Part shown: one piece after another, positions 34,404 through 45,889 of the stretch | How the letters are laid out: each line of letters begins with the position of its first letter | How positions within the stretch are numbered: position 1 is the stretch's first letter | Origin: Paramoeba atlantica | Taxonomy: Eukaryota > Protista > Discosea | Reading direction: 5' to 3' | DNA length: 64,000 bases | Assembly (NCBI GenBank): GCA_977017575.1 | Contig: CDRNVI010000058.1 | Coordinates: forward strand, 135,003 to 199,002 | Notes under the pieces: generated by a model | Database searches by the model: none | Told to the model about the DNA's origin: nothing | What the model saw: the letters and a program-made list of their open reading frames with translations, nothing else | Made by a program: the position numbers and the translations under genes

Positions 34404-34490
34404 AATTTCAGAAAAGTGAAAGTTTCACGCTTTTCATCATACTGCTATTTTAATGCAGAAACACGGACCAATGACGTTCTTCATCAGGTA
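34404..34490 (-). ncRNA. Box C/D snoRNA, U18/SNORD18-like, copy 2
   Basis: ctaccTGATGAagaacgtcattggtccgtgtttctgc...agtATGATGAaaagcgtgaaactttcactttCTGA-type layout; plus strand shows gaaacacggaccaa at ~34458. Confidence 0.8.
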
Positions 34491-34673
34491 GAATAAGAAT
34501 TATTGTCCAGGTGGAGACTACGAGAATAATGTTAGTCCTGAGAAAATTTCGTTCCACAAAAGCCTAAGCACTCTAAAGGAAAAGATAAGATAATACTTTC
34601 GTTTCCTACGCGCTCTAAAGGAAATGATAAGATGATACTTGCAACTATCTACTTCATATGCGCTAGGTGTGTA

Positions 34674-34760
34674 AATTTCAGAAAAGTGAAAGTTTCACGC
34701 TTTTCATCATACTGCTCTTTTAATGCAGAAACACGGACCAATGACGTTCTTCATCAGGTA
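34674..34760 (-). ncRNA. Box C/D snoRNA, U18/SNORD18-like, copy 3
   Basis: Near-identical to copy 2; part of a ~245-270-bp tandem repeat. Confidence 0.8.
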
Positions 34761-34806
34761 GAATACTGTGAGGAGTAAAAGATCTATAGTGCAGTGAAAC
34801 ACTGTA

Positions 34807-36118
34807 CTCCCCCTCTCATTAATTTTTAATAATATAAATTATAACAAAAATGAAAATTTATACTATCCCCCCCTATTTAATAGGGCTACGTGTCACCCCC
34901 CCCTATAATAGGGCCATTTTTGTCTGGAAGGCCAAAAAAGATTGGTAATAATAATAAATGCCGGTAAGGTGGAATCTCCCAGTTTTGTTCGGATTTCTGT
35001 TAATACCCCCTTGAAACCCTGAGTCCATTTTTTAGAAGACTCTGCATCTTGAAAATACGACGCTGCACGATGATCTTGTATGATGCGCTTGTTATGTTCT
35101 TTGTGAGGAACTTTGGCATGCACACCATCCGTCACCCCCCTCCACAAGAAATGCGCGCGGTGAAGTACACCATCAGCAGATACAAGTATTGTTGATGTAA
35201 ATCCGAGACGCGTCCCTGCAAGCTGTATTGGCTTTCCCTTTGATGCACGTACCCATGTCCATTCGCGGTTTGTTTCATCCAGCTTACAGAAAAATTCATC
35301 CATGTTAAATACGAGTTCTGGGAGAATGTGGGAATTTTATCTCATCATAAAAGGACAAACCAGCCTTCTTCACTGCAGGAGGGGAAACCCATGTCTCTGC
35401 CGACGCGGCGAGCGTGATTATGGCCCGGAGCGTTATCCATGATCACTGTTGCCGCTGGTTTACGCTTTAACCAGTTGTAGAAACCATTTCGTTTTGTCAT
35501 GGCAGAGAGAAACGTTTCATTAGTGACCGTCTCATTCTCCGCAAACTCATGAAAACAGTGAACCTTGGGAACCCCCCATTTTCTTCATCTACAATAGATT
35601 CTAACATTATTCGAAACTCTTCATTATCAATCGCATTCTTACGTATGTATTTTATACGTTCTAACCCTCCTGTCTCCCGGTGGCGTTTAACCCATCGAGA
35701 GACAGTTGCTTCACTGCATTTCATAAGAGCAGCAGTGTCTGTAATCGAACGTCCCTGGTTTTGTACCTCATGGACGCAAATTACACGTGTTTCATGAGTG
35801 ATTTGTTGCGTCGAGAGGGTGCGCCTCTGGCGGCGAAGTGTTTTCGGCATAAAAGATGTGTTAGAAAGAGTTAAGTGGTATTTTATTCATAGATTAATGC
35901 GCTAAAATGATAAAAAATGATAAAAATCCGATTTTTTGCAGAATTTTCGGGTAAAAAATTCAGTAAAATTTTATCATGACGTCATATCAGCTTCAGGAGC
36001 GGCAACAATGGTGCCAGTAGTCTTAAAATTTCGAGATCTGTTGAATGCCGAAGGAATTAGGTCAAAAGCTCGCGCGGTACAAATTTTAGACCCCCCACCT
36101 TTTTCGTGACCCCCCCTG
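34807..36118 (-). mobile_element. Nested degenerate Tc1-like and pogo-like transposase fragments
   Basis: HTH (ALMKCSEATVSRWVKRHRETG), VIMDNAPGH, then pogo-like ELVFNMDEF...FTSTILVSADG. Ends are a TIR like the 45890 family at ~36075-36118 and ta|ctccccctctcattaat at 34807. Confidence 0.7.
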
Positions 36119-36592
36119 TAAAGAAGTACTGCTCTATTTGCGACAGAGAGACGTTGTTCAGCGTTCGCTCCAATTCTTCCTGTCTGGATTGCTCTTCACG
36201 AGGTGATAGTATAACATTATTTTTAGAAGCCTGCCAACATTGTGCTGAAAATTGTGTCCCTGTTGGGAAGAATCTACAATGTATGCTCACAGTGCCATGG
36301 CGCGCAAAGTCCGGAGACATTTGCACCACCATTAGTGGCCAAACTAAGTGAACGTGGGCTTGACATTGATAGAGTCAAGCGCGTTTGTTGTTCTTATGTC
36401 GGGTGGAACATTTGTGGCTGCACCATGTCGTTCTCCCAGGTGGCGCATATAAATTTATTAAATTAAATTTATTATGCATCATAAAAAATTCTGCTAAGGC
36501 TGGGCCCCGCAAGACGTATCTTCGATCAGCCGAGGCAGTTGCTTTTTGGTTGGGACACGCTCTTCAAGGAAACAGTGCGCGAGATGGCGGAT

Positions 36593-37977
36593 TGTCAACA
36601 CCAACGCACCACTTTTTTTCCCAAAAAATAATTTTCTTGTCATTTCCAGTGCACCACTTTTTCTTAAAAACTGTATTCTCATTTCCAATGCACCATCAAT
36701 TATTTAAAGAAGAATTATTTTATAATATCCTTCGGATCTACACTACAAATGCGCCGTTATTCAAGACTCAGTCATTACGATCGTAATCGTATTCAATCAC
36801 TCTTTACATCTGGCGAGAGTCGGCGAAGCATAGCTCGCATAATTGGCAAAAGTCACAGCACTGTTTGTCGCGAGTTGGCGCGTAATGCAAGAAGGGGTCA
36901 GCGCTATGAGGGGACGAGGGCACAGCGCATTTCGAAAAGACGCCTCTCGTGTAAAAAGGTCAAGCCTCACAAGATACAAGGCCTTTTGGAAGAGGAAGTC
37001 AGCTCTCGACTTCAAAAGAAGCACAGCCCGGAACAGATTGCAAATACGATCCGTAGCTGTCGTACCGCCTCGACTTCTACCATATATCGCCATATTCGTC
37101 GCAACGCGTCCTTAGGCGGCAAGTTGTACACCCATTTGCGGATCCGGCGAAAGAGGCCATACCGTCGTCGCACCAGACCTGATCGCAGCGCGATTCCCAA
37201 CCGAACGCCACTTGAAAATCGACCAGAAATTGTTAATAAGCGTCGGCGCTACGGCGATTGGGAAGCAGACTTGGTCGAGGGTCGAGGACATACCGGATAT
37301 ATTCTTACCCTGTGCGAGCGTAAGAGTCGCTTCCTTGTTCTTCGCAAGTTGGAATCTAAGCACGCGAAGGGGGTAAGCAAACAAATTGTAGACGGGTTAA
37401 AGAATTACAAGGTTCAAACAATCACATACGACAACGGAACAGAATTCTGGCACCATGAAGAAGTAAACAAAAAATTAAAATGCAAGTCTTTCTTTTGCGC
37501 TCCATATCATTCGTGGGAGAAAGGGTCTGTGGAACATGCAAACGGTTTGATCCGACAATTCCATCAGAAAACCGAATCTTTTGAGAATTTGAACCAAAGT
37601 GAATTAAACAAAACAGCATTGGAATTGAACACTCGTCCTCGGAAATTATTAAATTATCGTTCTCCAATGGATTTTGTGAATGAACTGCGTAAGTAAAAGA
37701 AGCTAAGTAAGCAAAGGTACGTGAGAAAGCTTGTAAAGTTAGTCTGTTAGTGTTGGAAATTTAATGACATTAAATTTAAGCATTTTGTAAAGGTGAAGAA
37801 ATTCTTGTCTAATAAAGTTTCTTACTCAGATCTTACACTTGTATTACACTTTCTTTAAATACTCTGGATAAGTTTTTATGTTGAAAGGAAAAAGGAACGA
37901 TGTTCAACTATGGTGAGGCGCAGAAAAAAGGAATGACGGTCGACTATGGTGAAAAAAGTGGTGCGCTGGAGTTGACA
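36593..37977 (+). mobile_element. IS30-family insertion sequence, apparently intact
   Basis: Imperfect ~26-bp TIRs tgtcaacaccaacgcaccacttttt / aaaaagtggtgcgctggagttgaca, flanked by AT on both sides (2-bp TSD). Confidence 0.9.
36749..37696 (+). CDS. IS30-family transposase (DD33E)
   Basis: STVCRELARN, HSPEQIA, STIYRHI, RRYGDWEADLVEG, LCERKSRF, TITYDNGTEF, CAPYHSWEKGSVEHANGLIR, LNTRPRKLLNYRSP. Confidence 0.96.
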   Translation: MRRYSRLSHYDRNRIQSLFTSGESRRSIARIIGKSHSTVCRELARNARRGQRYEGTRAQRISKRRLSCKKVKPHKIQGLLEEEVSSRLQKKHSPEQIANTIRSCRTASTSTIYRHIRRNASLGGKLYTHLRIRRKRPYRRRTRPDRSAIPNRTPLENRPEIVNKRRRYGDWEADLVEGRGHTGYILTLCERKSRFLVLRKLESKHAKGVSKQIVDGLKNYKVQTITYDNGTEFWHHEEVNKKLKCKSFFCAPYHSWEKGSVEHANGLIRQFHQKTESFENLNQSELNKTALELNTRPRKLLNYRSPMDFVNELRK

Positions 37978-38488
37978 ATGGGGTGGTGCACTGGAGTTGA
38001 ACATCCGGGGATCTTTCAAAAACATTGCGTCGAATTTGGGAGTCCTATCGAGGACGTGAATCTGAGCTTCGAAAGGAGCAGCGCGATGCCCTTGTAAAGA
38101 AAGTTGAAGAACGCTTGGTTGATAAAATTGATGATTTTAAGATTGTTCGAGAAAAAGTTCACCGCGCTCAATCTTTGATCGAAGATTCTTCACTATCTGT
38201 CGAAGAACTTTTTCAACATCTTAAAGATAAGAAAGTTTTGCGAGAAGAAAAAGAGGTTCTTCTGCGGCACGTTAAGCGTCCCCAACCCCAACCACTTGCA
38301 GAAGGAAAGAAGGAAGAAAAGAAAGGTCGGACACGTATTATTAAGGGAGCACTAAGTCAGAATACATTGAAGTTCTCAGTTTCCTTGAATTAAGTGAAGT
38401 CTTTAAGGTGACGAAAGTTTTATGGAGTTGACCTTATACACGCATGTTCTGTGTTTGTAGCCTAAGTATGTAGATCTGGTAGGAAAGA

Positions 38489-38902
38489 ATGTTTTTTCGT
38501 CGAAACGGAAAATCATATTTCTTTCAATATTTTTTGAGAATGCCTTCTGAACTAATTGTGTGCGGTCTTACAGATGCCACTCTAACCTACCTTGAGCGCC
38601 TCGGGTTTGACAAAGAAGAAATTTTTGCGTCATTTCTTTTCTTGCGGACCGGCGGGAATTATGTAACTGTTTCCGATCATCTAACAGCAAAATTTAAGCG
38701 CGGGTGGAGCGAGAAGTCATGTGCAACCAAAATTCCGGAGTTTTTTCAATCGTTATATAAGGATCTACGTCAAAACTGGCTTGAACCGCGCAATGACATT
38801 CTCTTTGACAACTCTAATGGAACGGACGGTTTTTTAAGCGACGATGTACGTATGGTGGTTGACACAGTTCCACTTTATGTAGATGCTCTAGATGATTGCT
38901 AG
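38489..38902 (+). mobile_element. Harbinger/ISL2EU-like transposase fragment
   Basis: HTH_Tnp_4-like EEIFASFLFLRTGGNYVTVS followed by VRMVVDTVPLYV, resembling the first catalytic Asp strand. Confidence 0.45.
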
Positions 38903-39317
38903 AAAGAAGTTCAGACCGATCTCTACCCAATATCCCTCGAGCCATGCTTGCAACCAAGGATGCATCAACAGGTTTGTTTAACACATTGTACATCTTAATG
39001 CCATCTAAAACATCATTCTTTTCTGCATCCGTAAGCATATCTTTTCGGCCACGCTTGCCGGAAGGAGCATGGTCCTTCAAAGCATAGGCACTTCGTTCAG
39101 ACATTTTCTTACCGTGCGTTTGATTCCAAATCTGCATGCTAGTCAAAACGGAACAACTCTCACAAAGTGCTTGGAATTCACGTACTTCTTCATCACTCCA
39201 CGTATTTCTCTTTGCTTTGCGCGATGAGCGTTTAGCCTCAAGTTCCTCCACAAGATCTGCCACATGCCGTGATACGTAAAAATTGTTTGAGGCAAGCGTC
39301 GACTGCGACGGGGCCAT
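38814..39317 (-). mobile_element. pogo/CENP-B-like HTH fragment
   Basis: GKRGRKDMLTDAEKNDVL...NKPVDASLVASMARGIL. Confidence 0.45.
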
Positions 39318-39663
39318 AGCAGGAAAAAGGAATCAAAAATGAAGAGTTTCTCCACAAAAAATAAAAAAATTAATTATTGCACTAATTAAATGTGCAATGA
39401 TTTTTCACCGCAGTAATTATGGATCGGACGGTACCTGTATGCGCTTTGATTTCATTAGATATTTCTTCACTCTGCCATGGTAATGCATCTACAAAGGCCA
39501 AAATTTACCTGGAAGTGTGTGACACGCGAGGCCTTAGAGGAAGGTGGAGGCGCAAGGCAAAAAGGCAGAAGGCGTAGACTTCTGACTTTTTGCCGCGGCG
39601 ACGACGACTTCCTCGCGTGGGAAGCTGTAAGAGGTCCTATGGAGCATGTTTCGATGGCTATGT

Positions 39664-39855
39664 AACCCAGGCTAAAGTGGACGAGCGAGATACTAAAGGC
39701 ACATTTGGCAAACTACCACAAAACTGGATCAGTATCTCCCGCTAAATTCTTGGGTCACATCAGAATGCTTAACAAACCGGGGGATACCGTTCCAGTTTTG
39801 TGGTAGTTTGCCAAATGTGCCTTTACTATCTCCCTCGTCCACTTTAGCCTGGGTT
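39664..39855. mobile_element. MITE with ~63-bp TIRs
   Basis: aacccaggctaaagtggacgag...accacaaaactgga / tccagttttgtggt...ctcgtccactttagcctgggtt; TSD not clear. Confidence 0.82.
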
Positions 39856-40576
39856 TATTTATAAAAATTAATGAGAGAGGGTAGGTGGAAGGACGTGATA
39901 CAGCACTTTAGCTGATAGGATGAACCAATTTGTTTCGCTGTAAGGATAGATTGCGGGTAAACAAAGACGATAATTATGAGATGTTAACGATAAATATTTG
40001 CTTAAGCGCCCATAGAGTAATGAACGGAGGGCTAAGGTACAAAAGGCAGATCTTCACTTTCTGGAGAAAATTCTTCCTGTCCCTTCGTCTCCACAAACGT
40101 GATTATACGCCGATTTCTACGAATTTCTTCTTGATCAGCGATGCGCTGCGGGAAAAAATAAAAGCCAAGCCCCTTGTCCGAAGTGGAGTTCAAAAGTTTC
40201 GAGGACATAGAAATAATGTACTTCAGAAAAATTTGAAAGGGTATGACTCAGAACGAAATTATAAATTTTTGCAGAAATATAAATCTTTGCAAAAAAATAC
40301 CAAAGGTCATTTATTAAAATTAATGAGAGGGGGAATAGTTCAGTTTTTTTATCGTAAATTGCTATACAAGTAATATCTACTAATACTAAGTAATACAGTT
40401 TATCTTGGCGTATTGATGCACTTCTTAAATCGAAAGGATATCGCGATCAAAAAGCCTAAATGTACGCCTTGCAAAACATCAAGAGTAAAACATGCTCCTT
40501 TGAACCATTTATCTTTAAAAAAAATTACGAAATTTTCCTTTTGGGTCATTTTTTTTATCAGGGCCCACGGCTCATA

Positions 40577-40860
40577 GAAGAGGGAGCCGGGAACTGGCAC
40601 GCGGACTTCGAAATGATACGTACAGTGCCAGGCGCGCTGAACGAGCAGCGAAGAAGTCCATGCTGAAACGCCAGCCGCGCCCATGCATGATTAAAGGAGA
40701 GATTAAAGACAAAGTCGTGTCTCTCCTACGCAGGTGCTTTAGCCCCCAGCAAATTACAGTAGTTTTGCGCAAAGAAGATGGTATTAAAGTATCCCGAACG
40801 TCAATATACGGGTTTATTAAGCGGGATGATGGTCAACATGGGAACTTGGAGAGTTTGAAA
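40577..40860 (+). pseudogene. IS30-family transposase N-terminal fragment
   Basis: SRELARG..Y.ARRA, LLRRCFSPQQITVVLRKEDGIKVSRTSIYGFI aligns with the 48632 copy. Confidence 0.8.
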
Positions 40861-42373
40861 ACAATTTTCCTAGCTCATCTTTTCTCTCCCGGAAACGGGC
40901 GTATTTTTACTATGTTAATGCCCGTTTCCGGATGGCGCTAGGAGAGGAACTGTCCCTCTTGTCGCAAAGTAGGGGTGCGCCTCCCTTCCCTCATCTCCCA
41001 CCACCCCGCTCGGAACACGGTTCCGAGTCCCCATGCGCTGCAGGACCCTTCTACCATACCTTTTGTGGGTCCGTGGGTCCGGACCCACGACCAGGGTCCG
41101 GACCCACGTAACAGCCGTAATACACTCAATATTACACTTAATATTGTATACACTCAAATCTTAATGCCGGTTATTTATAAAACTTTATCAAAAACTTTTG
41201 GGATATATGCTAATTCGCCAGCGATGTTGGTTTTGGAATCATACATGTACCATATGTACTGTATTCTTTAATTCTTTTATTACTTGAAGCTTTGAAACCT
41301 ATTTCTTAGCCAAATCTTATTTGATGGAACATTCTTCGCTTCGTCCGACGAACATTGACTCAAGTCAAGACCTACCGCCGGATCCACGTCGGAGACGATT
41401 GTCCGGGCGAAAATTCATGACGGAAGATGCCTTCCCACAATACCTCTCTCTCGTGCGATGTGCATCAGATTGTATGTACTCTCACGAAGGCATACCGTTA
41501 AATACCAACGGCTTTGAGCAGCACTACGAGTGCAATCATTGCAAATGGTCCTCGCACGGCAAGTATAAAAATCATTGTCTGGAGCATCGTCGTGCTTGTC
41601 TGGATAAAATTTCTTCGGAGCGAACTTCGGATCTCTGCGACCATGTGTGGATTGTCATACTCAGAGGGTTGAAACCTTCCCAGGCGCTCCCAGTGAAAAC
41701 CTATGGAGTCTGCACTTGGAGATTTTGAAAGGGTGGGTGAGATTTCAGCTCAAGGTCGTAAATTTGGGAAAGTAGTAAATGAGGTCGTTGCTCCACTGGG
41801 CAGGATACATGTCCTGTAAGGTCAACGACCCATTATCTCGGCGCATGAAACGCTCCAATGCTTGCCCCTTTAGGCAAAATTTAGTATACCGTACCCACTT
41901 AGTATACCTACTAGGTATCCTGGAACATGGTATATTTTGCTTTTAAGTGACGAATGTAAGTTATAAGACGTGAGTAGGGAGAATAACATCTGCAAAAAGT
42001 ATATGCATTTTAGAGAAAAAAGTACGCTCCCAGGCGCTCCCATCCAGTTTTAACCCTCTCAGTGCAACAAAAACGAGAAAAATATGGGTGTGTTCCGGAT
42101 GTCAGGATTTTCGCATACTCAGTGCAACGCTGTTTTTTCGGTCGGACAGCACCACGAACGGACGCGGGATTGTATGAGACATGTTAAGAAAGAAACAATC
42201 GATTAAGATAAAAATGGATTAAGATAAAAAATTATATAAGGAGAAGAAAAAAGGAGTACCTGGATAATCGATATTGACGGAACAACATAACGCGTTTCTT
42301 TAGTAAAGAGATGAACTTTTCGCCTTTACTGCTTTACAACTTACGGCTATACAACTTACTGCTTTCATGTATA

Positions 42374-45318
42374 CCGTATACCCCCCCCCCCCGTAATAGA
42401 ATGGGTTTTGGGCCAAAATGGCCAAATCTCTGTTACTGGGGGGTGTATGCTTTTTTGGGGGAGTAACTTCAGGACACTGGTCCGGACATGGAATTTTGTC
42501 ACCATGGTACTCCCCCTCTCATTAATAATTATAATTATAATCTATAAACCTTTTTAGTTTATAATTATAATTATAGTTTATAATTATTAATGAGATTCGA
42601 TAAGTGATTTTTTCTTACTATGGACTTCAATTTCTTGATTTTCGAGACACTACGTTCAACTTGGAAGCAATTTTTAGTGCAAAGTATGTGGTACAGGTGT
42701 CTTTGTAGATAAAAAATGATGAATTTGAGGTTTATAATTATAAAAGTGAGACTCAGAATTATAATCTCATTAAATTTCTATAAACGATCCCTTTAATGAT
42801 TTTTGGAGGTTTATAATTATTAATGAGAGGGGGAGTACTATTTTTTCGAAGAAAAAAAAATTCTTTTTCACTCAGTTGTATTCCTTATTAATGATTTTCT
42901 ACTATCAATAGTAAAAAATTTTCTTGTCAAATTTTCCTGAGTTGCATGGTGCAAACTATTTGCTCCTGCTGGAAGGGTAGACCCCCAGCCCCTTCGCCTC
43001 TTCTCCATCCCGTCTACTTCTCTCCCTCCCCTTCTTTGCCTTCGCCTTCCGTCTCTTCTTCTCTATCTCCATCCTCTTGTCCCGTCTCCTCCTCTCTCTC
43101 CCCTTCTTCACCTTCGCCTTCCGTCTTTCCTCCTTTATGTTCTTTGCCTTCGCCTTCCGTCTCTCCCTCTCTTTCCCCCCTTGTCCCAGACTCCTCTTCT
43201 CTCTCCCCTTCTGCACCCCCTGTCCCAGACCCCTCTTCTCTCTCCCCTTCCTCTCCCCTCCCGTCTCACGCTCCACGCCATACGTTGGATGCGTACTGGG
43301 CTAAGAGATCACGGAGTATGGAGAGGGAGGTGATCCCAAGGGCTAGTGGGCCCGTAAGTAGTTCAGTATTGGGTTTTGGAGCGAAAGTATTGTGTGTTCA
43401 AGAGGGGATTGTTAGGAGAGGGGGGCATGTTGAAGAACATATAAAACGCAGGATGTATTTTCATACCAGTTTATCAGTCAAATATTCCTGGTTTTGATTT
43501 CCCTTGTTTATCTACCTCTGTAGAAGAGAAAATGAAAAAAAGACAGGAAGATGAAGAAAGCGTTATTGTGGACATAGAGGCAACAACACAAGTTGCTTCT
43601 TCTGAATCAATAATCGCGAGGAAACAATATACTTATAATGAAAAATTAGATAAAGTGAGACGATACATGGCAGCCCCCTGGGGGCAAAGAGATAAGCTTG
43701 TGAAGGCAAGTGGGGTAAAGTACGGAACAACGGCAAGTTGGATGGCAAATTATGAAGATATAAAGAAGGCTGTACAACGAGGATTTGGCACCCTTACAAA
43801 GTTAATGCCACTCGTAAAATACAAGGAGCTTTTTGAACAAGCCTACAAATACTATTGTACCGCACGTGAAATGTTTTCTGCAGTTCCTATGTATCACATA
43901 CGATTGTACTGCATGCAAAACAGCGAAGAATTTTCAAAATTAAAAGTAAAAGATCAGTATTTTAGGATCGGGGAATTTGAAATGCATTACGGGTTATCTG
44001 CTAGGCGTCGTACAGGCTTAACCCAACTTTTACCTTCTAATTTTCAAGAGAGACATGAGGCTCATTTTCGAGTTGTAGAAAATTCTTTAAAAGACGAGTG
44101 TTTCCCTGAATTTATTATTCTTTTGGATGAGACGGGTGTTTTATGGAACCCTGCTCCTACAACAACTTTAGCTCCAAAGGGTTCGAAATGTGTTCCTATT
44201 AGAATAAAATACGAGAAAAAACAGTCAACTTGTCTTTTGTGGGTTTCAGAATGTATTAAAAGAAATGAAAAAGGTTACGAAATATTCAATGCAAAATATG
44301 AGAATCCTTATATTATTTTTGAAGGAAAAAAGGAGTGCCAAAGATCTAATTCAGTGGAGAGTAAGGTAAGGAAGGCTGTTGAACAGAAGCCTACGTACGC
44401 AGAGGTTAATCAAACGGGGTTTAAAATTCGTTGAAAAAATTCCCAATTGTTATAACAAGAGGGCGTGGCTTATTATGGACAGATTTTCAGCCCACCGCAC
44501 AGAAACAGTTGAAAACGCAATAAGTAATAAGGGATATAAAATTTTTTATATTCCTCCTGGTTGTACTTCTATTCTGCAATTTCAGGATGTTTATGTGAAC
44601 AAACCATTCAAAGATCGTATTAGAAACTTTTACACCAAGCATTGTATTGAGAAAAATAATAATGTAACGAGAGAGCTTGTTGTTCAATGGGTAGTGGACG
44701 CCCAAGCATCATTAAAATTACAAATGATAGAAAGTGGAATAAAAAAGCTTGTATTAAGAAATTTTGTAGGAGTTGGAGAAGAAACAAATGTCAACCAAGG
44801 GACAGACGCGGATCTTCCGACGGAAGTGCAAGTGGCGCTTTTAGAAGATGAGCCGCAGGATCTGTCCTTGGTTGCCGTTGCAATATCTTTTGCCGAGGCA
44901 GTCCAGCCTGAAGAACATGGCTATGAAAATATAGAAAGTGATTAGCTTGCATAACATTATCGACTTCTATTTTAACTGTCATGACAGTTTTTTAGATGTC
45001 GTATCAACAAACTTCAAGTAACTTTAGTAACTTAGCTTTAGTCTCTCTTTCATCTTCTTTTAGTCTAAGATCTCTTCTAATCATGAGTAAATGCTTTCGT
45101 TTGAGCCACCACCACCCAACCCGTCCAGCGACCCATGACGCCCAGCCTCCCCTGTCACCCCCCCCCCCAACCCCTCACCAAACCACCCCCGACGCCAGCC
45201 TCCCCGGACCGCCCAACCTCTCACCCAGCCATCCCCGACGCCAACCCCCCCAGCCACCCAGCCTTCCGAGCCGAACCTCTGTTACTGGGGGGGGGGGTGT
45301 CTTACTGGGGGTATACGG
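42374..45318 (+). mobile_element. pogo-superfamily DNA transposon (DD35D) with TA TSD; transposase 43532-44945 frameshifted once
   Basis: TA|ccgtataccccc...gtaata / ttactgggggtatacgg|TA; LLDETG, LIMDRFSAH, IPPGCTSILQFQDVYVNKPFK. Confidence 0.88.
42510..42835. mobile_element. 326-bp MITE with TA TSD inserted in the pogo element
   Basis: TA|ctccccctctcattaataattata...tataattattaatgagagggggag|TA; same TIR at 34807 and ~40318-40335. Confidence 0.88.
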
Positions 45319-45364
45319 TAGTACCGTCTCTTCATAGTAAAATTTGGCCTTCCAAGCTCTTTGA

Positions 45365-45778
45365 GGAGACCCATTTCAAGCCTGCCCCGAACATAAGGCC
45401 GCCTTCCGCGGATCCGTAGGCACTTGTGAAACTTCCCCCCATTGTCTTTGTCTCGACAAACAAATCGATAGATTGTGGAAGTGGATGGTGAACCTTGTGA
45501 GCCAACAAGTGTATATCCTATTAGCAACCTGCTCCGGGCTGTGAAGCTTTCGGAGACAGGTCTTTACACTTTTTTCAAGACTGGCTCTAATTTGACGTGG
45601 TCTGGTCCCTTTATTGACCAGTCGTCTCTTGGCAACACGATGGGCACGGCTAGAACGGTATTGCCCACCTCTTTTCCTGTTGCGTGCCAGCTCACGACAT
45701 ACCGTACTTGGGGACTATTATGTAGAAATTAACCTTTTGTTGCGCTGAGTATGACAATTTGTTGCACTGACATTGACA
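45365..45778 (-). pseudogene. IS30-family element 5' fragment with tandem TIR-like ends
   Basis: Manual translation gives STVCRELARNRKRGGQY, LHSPEQVAN, TSTIYRF, LRIRGRRPY; upstream tgtcaatgtcagtgcaac and tgtcatactcagcgcaac. Confidence 0.82.
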
Positions 45779-45889
45779 ATCCACCATGCACCGTACATGG
45801 ATAAAGTTAAGCCTTTTAATACAAAGGTTTTACCATGCTTATACGCGATGACAAACCTCCTGGAAGTAGATACATATGGTTTTTAAATA

